Source: a virus
Lineage: Duplodnaviria; Heunggongvirae; Uroviricota; Caudoviricetes
Length of the DNA: 41,595 nt
IMG/VR virus record: IMGVR_UViG_2541047952_000001
Reading direction: 5' to 3' (one strand)
Part shown: positions 35,622 to 41,595 of the stretch, piece by piece
How the letters are laid out: each line of letters begins with the position of its first letter
How positions within the stretch are numbered: the first letter of the stretch is position 1
Position numbers and translations under genes: made by a program
The notes under the pieces: model-generated
Databases searched by the model: none
Seen by the model: only the letters and a program-made list of their open reading frames with translations
Told to the model about the DNA's origin: nothing

Positions 35622-36932
35622 TTAAGAGAGACGAGAGGCAGGATCTTCAGATACCCGCAATGGCGCAGGACGCGAAACCAGGATGCCAATGATTCCCCCG
35701 ATGATGAGCGCCACAGCAACAATCAGCAGCCCGTAGTGATAGCTGTTCGTCGCATCTTTAATTTTGCCAAGCAGCGGTGGTAAACCGAGGCCCACGAAAT
35801 TTGCGACAGTATTGATAAATGCAATAGAAGCCGCCGCTGCGACGCCCGCCAGTTTCTCGGTCGTTACCGCCCAGAAGATTGGCGTGAGGGCAAAGTTAAA
35901 GCCCACGGTCAGTACGAGCAGGACATAGGCCACCAGCAGATTGCCGGAATAAATCGCGATCGCCAGCGACAGTCCGGAGAGGATCAGCGGCAGACCTAAG
36001 TGCCATGAACGTTCGTTAGTGGTATCTGAATGTCGACCGTTGATATACATAAATAAGCATGCTGCGATAAACGGCACGGCGGAAAGCAGGCCGATCACAA
36101 TATTGCTCTGATCGCTGGCCATACTTTTAATGATTAGCGGTAAAAAGAGCGTGATCCCGATCGAACCAAATGCCTGTAAAAACCACACCAGACTTAATAA
36201 CAATACGGTTTTATTTTTCAGGGCACCGATCCAGCTATGGTTGGCCCCGACTTCCACGCTCGCGTTATCACGCGCCAACTGCGCTTTTAGCCAGCCTTTT
36301 TGTTCGGTCGAAAGCCAGGCCGCATGGTCGGGGGATTGCGGCAAACGCCACAGAACCAGTACGCCAAGTACAATAGCCGGAATACCTTCAATGGCGAATA
36401 GCCAGCGCCAGCCTGCGATATCCGCGATACCATGCATATTCAGGATGGAACCGGAAATCGGCAATCCAATAATGGAGGCCATTACCGATCCCATATAAAA
36501 GAATGACATGGCACGCGCGCGGTTGCTTTTCGGAAACCAGCAGGAAATATAATAAATGATGCCCGGCGTAAACCCGGCTTCTGCCATGCCGAGTAAGAAT
36601 CGCATAACATAGAGTTGCGTGGGTGTGTGTACCAGCGACATCCCGGCACTGACAATGCCCCAGGTGATCATAATCCTGGCAATCCACAACCGGGCCCCTA
36701 CTTTCGTCATAATAACGTTGCTGGGAATTTCGAAAATAATATAGGAAATATAAAACATCCCAACACCGAGACCATACATACTGGCGCTCAGCCCTAAGTC
36801 AGCGTTCATTTGCAGCGCAGCAATAGAGATGTTGGTTTTATCCAGATTAGCAACAAAATAGCAGATAATAATAAACGGAATTATCTTCGCATTAAGCTGC
36901 CGTAATGTTGAAGAATACAGATCGGTATTCAT
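35622..36932 (-). CDS. MFS transporter (sugar-acid permease; occupies the dgoT position)
   Basis: 12-TM-type hydrophobic profile; preferred start MNTDLYSS at 36932 with GAGGA RBS; directly downstream of the dgoD-like gene. Confidence 0.8.
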   Translation of the reverse strand: MNTDLYSSTLRQLNAKIIPFIIICYFVANLDKTNISIAALQMNADLGLSASMYGLGVGMFYISYIIFEIPSNVIMTKVGARLWIARIMITWGIVSAGMSLVHTPTQLYVMRFLLGMAEAGFTPGIIYYISCWFPKSNRARAMSFFYMGSVMASIIGLPISGSILNMHGIADIAGWRWLFAIEGIPAIVLGVLVLWRLPQSPDHAAWLSTEQKGWLKAQLARDNASVEVGANHSWIGALKNKTVLLLSLVWFLQAFGSIGITLFLPLIIKSMASDQSNIVIGLLSAVPFIAACLFMYINGRHSDTTNERSWHLGLPLILSGLSLAIAIYSGNLLVAYVLLVLTVGFNFALTPIFWAVTTEKLAGVAAAASIAFINTVANFVGLGLPPLLGKIKDATNSYHYGLLIVAVALIIGGIIGILVSRPAPLRVSEDPASRLS

Positions 36933-37030
36933 AACAGAATCCTCACTCTGCTGCCTCATGATAAAGGGATACCCTCCGCCATCAGGCAGCCGATCGTTAT
37001 TGATTATTTTAACTATTTAAAAGAACGCTA

Positions 37031-38179
37031 TTACCACTCAGCAACCGTACCGTCTGCGTGACGCCACAACGGGTTACGCCAATCCTGGAAATGTTTACTC
37101 AGTTCATGAACCTTCTCTTCATCAATTTCCACACCCAGGCCGGGTTTCATCAGCGGTTTGAAGAAGCCGCCTTCCATACTGAAGTCTTCTTTGTTTTTCA
37201 CGAAGTCGAGCAGTTCGGCACCTTTGTTGTAGTGAATGCCCATGCTTTGCTCCTGGAATACCGCATTGTGCGACACAAAGTCGACGTGCAGACAGGCGGC
37301 CAGCGCAATCGGCCCGAGCGGGCAGTGTGGTGCCAGCGCTACATCGTAAGCCTCTGCCATACCAGCGATTTTATAGCATTCGGTAATCCCACCCGCGTGC
37401 GAGAGATCCGGTTGCAGAATTGCCACGCCACCCGCTTCCAGCACCCGTTTGAACTCAAAGCGAGTGAACATTCGCTCACCGGCCGCAATGGGAATATGCG
37501 TTTGTGCGGCCAGACGCGGATAATATTCTGCCTGTTCGGCTAATACTGGCTCCTCAATAAATAGCGGGCGATATTGTTCCAGCTCTTTAATTAACACTTT
37601 GGCCATCGGTGCGCTGACACGGCCATGGAAATCGAGGCCGAACTCAATTTCATTACCAAAGGCTTCGCGAATTTGCGCCGCGGTATTTACCGCCGCATCT
37701 ACTTTCCGTGAATCATCAATAATGCCTAATTCTTCACAGCCGTTTAATTTAAAGGTATCAAAGCCAATTTTACGTAGTGTGGAAATACCGGCGATAGCTT
37801 CCGCCGGACGATCACCGCCGACCCAGCTATAGGCTTTGATTTTGTCGCGCACCAGGCCGCCCATCAGTTGCCATACCGGCGCGTTATGCACTTTTCCTTT
37901 GATATCCCAGAGCGCCTGGTCAATACCGGCAATAGCGCTCATCAGAATCGGGCCACCGCGATAAAAACCAGCGCGGTACATCACTTGCCACAAGTCGTTA
38001 ATGCGTGCGGGATCCTGACCAATCAAATACTCGCCCAGCTCGTGTACTGCGGCTTCCACGGTGCGCGCGCGCCCTTCAATCACGGGTTCGCCCCATCCCA
38101 CCACGCCTTCGTCAGTCTCTATTTTGAGGAACATCCAGCGCGGGGGTAAACGATATGTGGTGAGTTTGGTAATTTTCAT
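37031..38179 (-). CDS. dgoD: D-galactonate dehydratase (enolase superfamily)
   Basis: 382-aa [52 protein letters not shown]..., characteristic DgoD sequence and length. Confidence 0.9.
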   Translation of the reverse strand: MKITKLTTYRLPPRWMFLKIETDEGVVGWGEPVIEGRARTVEAAVHELGEYLIGQDPARINDLWQVMYRAGFYRGGPILMSAIAGIDQALWDIKGKVHNAPVWQLMGGLVRDKIKAYSWVGGDRPAEAIAGISTLRKIGFDTFKLNGCEELGIIDDSRKVDAAVNTAAQIREAFGNEIEFGLDFHGRVSAPMAKVLIKELEQYRPLFIEEPVLAEQAEYYPRLAAQTHIPIAAGERMFTRFEFKRVLEAGGVAILQPDLSHAGGITECYKIAGMAEAYDVALAPHCPLGPIALAACLHVDFVSHNAVFQEQSMGIHYNKGAELLDFVKNKEDFSMEGGFFKPLMKPGLGVEIDEEKVHELSKHFQDWRNPLWRHADGTVAEW

Positions 38180-38793
38180 TTCACTGCCTCTCGATACGCT
38201 TTCACAAATGCGGCAGCCTGCTGTGCCGTGCGCTCAACGGGCTGCCCGGCGCGATAGAGATCGCTGCCCAGCCCGGCGCCAAGACAGCCGGCATCAATCC
38301 ACTGTTTTAAGTTCTCCGGCGTAACCCCGCCAACGGCGAATACCGGGATCTCAGGTGGCAATACGGCCTTCAGAGCCTTGATATAATCCGGGCCAAACGC
38401 CGAAGACGGGAAAATCTTCAGCGACTGCGCGTCCGCGTCAATGGCATCAAAAGCCTCCGTGGCCGTGGCGCAGCCGGGGCAGACGGTCATACCGTGTTCC
38501 ACCGCCCGGCGGATCAGTTCCGGTTGAATGTTTGGCGTCACCATTAGCGTACAGCCCATAGCGGCAAGTTGATCAACCTGCTCCAGCTTCAGCACAGTGC
38601 CTGCTCCAATCAGTGCTTTATCGCCAAACGCTTTCACCATCGCCGGAATGGTTTTTTCCCACTCCGGGGAGTTCAGCGGGATCTCAACGGCTTCAAATCC
38701 CGCTTCAATGAGCGCTGCCACATGGGCATGTGCCTCATCGGGTTTGATGCCGCGAAGGATGGCGATAAGCGGAAGTTTATTTTGCCACTGCAT
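38176..38793 (-). CDS. dgoA: 2-dehydro-3-deoxy-6-phosphogalactonate aldolase
   Basis: 205-aa KDPG/KHG-aldolase-family ORF in operon position between the kinase and dehydratase genes. Confidence 0.85.
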   Translation of the reverse strand: MQWQNKLPLIAILRGIKPDEAHAHVAALIEAGFEAVEIPLNSPEWEKTIPAMVKAFGDKALIGAGTVLKLEQVDQLAAMGCTLMVTPNIQPELIRRAVEHGMTVCPGCATATEAFDAIDADAQSLKIFPSSAFGPDYIKALKAVLPPEIPVFAVGGVTPENLKQWIDAGCLGAGLGSDLYRAGQPVERTAQQAAAFVKAYREAVK

Positions 38794-39655
38794 AAGCGAT
38801 GCTCCTTATTCCTACCTGAAATGCGTCGTCACCGCTGAGCGCCTGACTTTGACGCCCGAATAGCGCAAATGCTCGCTGATAGCGTGCGGTTAGTGACGGA
38901 CTGGCGACGAGGGTGACGGTCTGCCACACCGGGATATACTCGCCCATGCTGGCAACTTCGCTGCCAATCAGCAGACCGGAGAGAAATTCACTGACCTGTT
39001 CGCGAGGCCGCACGCCCAGTACATATGAGGCACGGACTTCGAACAACCGGGGCAAGATCGCGGGGGATTGCAGGCCGCATTCCAGCCCGGCGTTAAAGGC
39101 CTCCGGCGAATCGGTTTGTTGCGGCAGGCCCGTGCCGACCAGCGTGTGCGTCAGCAGTACGTGATGAAGCTCGCCGGTCATCACCGTGCGAAAATCTTCT
39201 ACCCGATCGCCATCGACCCGAACCCATTTACAGTGCGTGCCAGGCATTACATACAAGGCGGAAGGCCTCAGTGTATGTGCGCCGACCAGTTGTGTTTCTT
39301 CACCGCGCATGACGTTATGGTTATCGGCATTATTGATGCACAGACCCGGCACAATCCAGACGTTGTCTTTCACGCGGGTCAGATGCCTGCCGATATCGTT
39401 AAGGCGTGCAGGACAGGGAAGATAAGGGACGTTTACCCAGCCCGCGTTACTTCCTACCATTCCCGCCATTACAACCGGCGTATTTTCCAGCATCCAGCCT
39501 TCGGTGATCTCCGACAGCACCGCCTCAAACGTGCGGCCATTAAGCCGGGTGATCCCGGCCTCCGATTTCCGGCTCTCCAGACACTTTTCACTCTGGTAAA
39601 GCCAGGCACGAAGATTGGTCGACCCCCAATCGATAGCAATGTAGCGTGATGTCAT
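38777..39655 (-). CDS. dgoK: 2-dehydro-3-deoxygalactonokinase
   Basis: 292-aa ORF MTSRYIAIDWGSTNLRAWL... (sugar-kinase-type N-terminal motif) between the regulator and aldolase genes. Confidence 0.85.
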   Translation of the reverse strand: MTSRYIAIDWGSTNLRAWLYQSEKCLESRKSEAGITRLNGRTFEAVLSEITEGWMLENTPVVMAGMVGSNAGWVNVPYLPCPARLNDIGRHLTRVKDNVWIVPGLCINNADNHNVMRGEETQLVGAHTLRPSALYVMPGTHCKWVRVDGDRVEDFRTVMTGELHHVLLTHTLVGTGLPQQTDSPEAFNAGLECGLQSPAILPRLFEVRASYVLGVRPREQVSEFLSGLLIGSEVASMGEYIPVWQTVTLVASPSLTARYQRAFALFGRQSQALSGDDAFQVGIRSIAYAVAK

Positions 39656-40341
39656 GTGATGTCTTTTAACCTTGTGGTTGAGCTGGCGATCATCGTCAGC
39701 GCCGCCTGTTCTGCTGCGTTACTGTCCTGATGCCGTATCGCATCAAACAGCGCCTTATGTTCCTGAAGCGTTTTCGGCATGTTGGCCTCGTCGCCCATCC
39801 AGGTACGCTCAAATACCGCACGCTGTAGCGAACTTATTGCCCCGCTTAACTGCTGTAATACCGGATTATGCACGGCGTTCAGCACCGCTTCGTGATAACG
39901 GATGTCCGCTTCGTTGAATGCATACCGATCCTGGTTATTGGCGATCATGTCGTTTAGGGCTGCCTCAATCTGCGCCAGTTCGCTGGAGGTGGCGCGCTCT
40001 GCCGCCCAGCGAGCGATCGCTGGCTCCACCAGGTTACGCACTTCACTCATCGCGCTAATCAGTCGCGGATCATAGTCATTCTCCAGCACCCATTGCAGCA
40101 CCTCGGTGTCGAGGTAGTTCCACTGGTTGCGGGCGGCAACAAACGCGCCGCGATAACGCTTCATCTCAATCAACCGCTTTGCCGTCAGGGAGCGGAACAC
40201 CTCTCTGATAATATTGCGCGAAGTTTCAAACTCGTCGCATAAATCGGCCTCTGAGGGCAGCGCCGCACCAGGCACATATTTGCCGCTGACAATCTGCCGC
40301 CCGAGGGTAAAGGTAATGCGGTCTGTTTTGGTAATGGTCAT
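39652..40341 (-). CDS. dgoR: GntR/FadR-family transcriptional regulator
   Basis: 229-aa ORF with N-terminal GntR-type HTH (EADLCDEFETSRNIIREVFRSL) and a FadR-type C-terminal domain; first gene of the dgo-like operon. Confidence 0.85.
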   Translation of the reverse strand: MTITKTDRITFTLGRQIVSGKYVPGAALPSEADLCDEFETSRNIIREVFRSLTAKRLIEMKRYRGAFVAARNQWNYLDTEVLQWVLENDYDPRLISAMSEVRNLVEPAIARWAAERATSSELAQIEAALNDMIANNQDRYAFNEADIRYHEAVLNAVHNPVLQQLSGAISSLQRAVFERTWMGDEANMPKTLQEHKALFDAIRHQDSNAAEQAALTMIASSTTRLKDIT

Positions 40342-40908
40342 TGAAAGTCCTTAATGCGTTTTCGCTACCATTACTTTATCCCTGTTGTCGTAAAAATCCC
40401 CAGCATTGAAGTTCAAAATTGCAGAGTATTCAGCGTTTCATGGGTTAATAGTAGTACGATTAATATATTTGGTACTACAACTTGGATCACAAAAACAACA
40501 ATCGATAAAAAAATTCGTTAAACCATTTTAAGCTCCGGCTTCCTGTTTCCACTTCACGTAGACTTCACTTCCGCCAAATAACGTTGCGCCATGGCAACTT
40601 AATCCGGTGAAAAAATGGAGCATTTCGGCGTAGCAATCATCGGGTTGGCTCGGCCGCTTGCAGGTAAGAAGCAGGTGATTGCGCTCAATAAGAAGCGGCA
40701 GCCCGCTGGAAGGGATCAGCTATGCGCTGGACAGCGCGGAGCGATTAGGCGATGTGCTGATAGTAGTAAAGTCTCACGCTGGCCCGCAACACGCGCGTTA
40801 CGGCGGAAGGAGGCTACTGAGGAAAATTTGCCTGGTAAATCTGCTGACACAGCCACGACTCCGCCGGGCAATAATGCGTAGCCGCATCAGCAATATTACG
40901 GTGCGAGC

Positions 40909-41145
40909 TTAACTCAGCGCAAACTTCTCAATGGCATATGCCACGCCATCTTCAAGGTTGGATTTGGTGACAAAGTCGGCAACGTCTTTAGCCGATGGGA
41001 TGGCATTTTCCATTGCGACACTCATTCCGGCATATTCAATCATCGCGATGTCGTTTTCCTGATCGCCGAGGGTCATCACCTCTTCCGGTTTGATGCCCAG
41101 TTTGCCTGCCAGCTTCGGCTTATCTGTGGGTAGCGGCTGTCCCAT
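40909..41145 (-). pseudogene. 3' fragment of a Cof-type HAD sugar phosphatase gene (yidA-like)
   Basis: ...KLGIKPEEVMTLGDQENDIAMIEYAGMSVAMENAIPSAKDVADFVTKSNLEDGVAYAIEKFALS matches the HAD C-terminal region only; the N-terminal two-thirds is missing. Confidence 0.55.
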
Positions 41146-41312
41146 ATGCTGGCGAATGTGTCCAGCGCCTGTAATGCTGCCTCTTCCGTGGGTGCCTGAT
41201 AGATGGCCTTCAAATCACGGGTGACTGCCTTGTAGTCCTTCCAGGACACGAACCGCAGGCTGTTGCGCACCATGTGGACGATACACAGCTGTATCCGGGC
41301 CTGCGGATACAC
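41076..41312 (-). pseudogene. internal fragment of an IS256-family (mutator-type) transposase gene
   Basis: RIQLCIVHMVRNSLRFVSWKDYKAVTRDLKAIYQAPTEEAALQALDTFASIWDSRYPQI resembles the central region of IS256-family transposases; truncated at both ends. Confidence 0.5.
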
Positions 41313-41351
41313 TGCATTAATGGCATCCGGAAAGCCTTTCAGGCCATCAAC

Positions 41352-41379
41352 TGAACCGCCCCGGAAAACCGGGGCGGTT
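41352..41379. other. perfect 12-bp stem hairpin
   Basis: GAACCGCCCCGG-aaaa-CCGGGGCGGTTC between the transposase remnant and the second IS1 copy. Confidence 0.3.
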
Positions 41380-41500
41380 CACCCTGCGCTGGAAATTACC
41401 ATCACCGTGTCCCGGTCCGCATGAACTGGCATCCGAAGTGGTGGAGGCCGGACAGCCTGCGCCCGGATCCATTATGTCGCGCTGGGTGGCGGGCGCCGGG

Positions 41501-41595
41501 GGTGATGCTGCCAACTTACTGATTTAGTGTATGATGGTGTTTTTGAGGTGCTCCAGTGGCTTCTGTTTCTATCAGCTGTCCCTCCTGTTCAGCTA
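41501..41595 (+). mobile_element. IS1, second copy (left end only; continues past the right window edge)
   Basis: The last 95 bp of the window are identical to the first 95 bp of the IS1 at 31697, in the same orientation. Confidence 0.85.

Noticed and set aside
36130-36797. ORFs on both strands within the MFS gene
   Set aside because: Alternative frames of the transporter gene; translations lack transmembrane periodicity in the correct frame.
1-41595. CRISPR array or cas genes
   Set aside because: No regularly spaced short direct repeats with unique spacers were seen; the repeat clusters found are iterons, operators, IS1 copies and palindromes.

Overview
This 41.6 kb window reads as an Escherichia/Shigella-type accessory region in three parts; all homology calls are from reading the translations against remembered families, with no database search run. 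(1) 1..27109 is the right-hand ~27 kb of a lambdoid prophage with an HK97-like head module, Mu-like contractile tail genes, a lambda-like lysis cassette, a Q antiterminator, a nin-type region, an iteron-bearing replication initiator, a cro/cI switch and an early-left operon ending in xis-int beside a 49-nt thrW 3' fragment. The left end of the prophage lies outside the window. (2) 27110..31696 is the integrase-proximal end of a second, CP4-6-like integrative element, truncated by IS1. (3) 31697..41595 holds a complete IS1, a 9 kb mosaic segment (umuC with only a umuD 3' remnant, a dgoRKAD-like sugar-acid operon with an MFS permease and a 2-hydroxyacid dehydrogenase, a yidA-like 3' fragment and an IS256-family transposase remnant) and a second, partial IS1. 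The strongest candidate for an undescribed system is a single gene at 20845..21735 in the immunity region, at the position where lambda carries rexAB: it encodes four TerB-like repeats fused to a C-terminal BRCT-like domain and converges on cI with overlapping 3' ends. Further candidates are a convergent low-GC two-gene moron at the head of the early-left operon, morons in the late region, and the yagN/alpA/yagM/yagL-like cargo beside the second integrase. No CRISPR array, intact tRNA or rRNA was seen.
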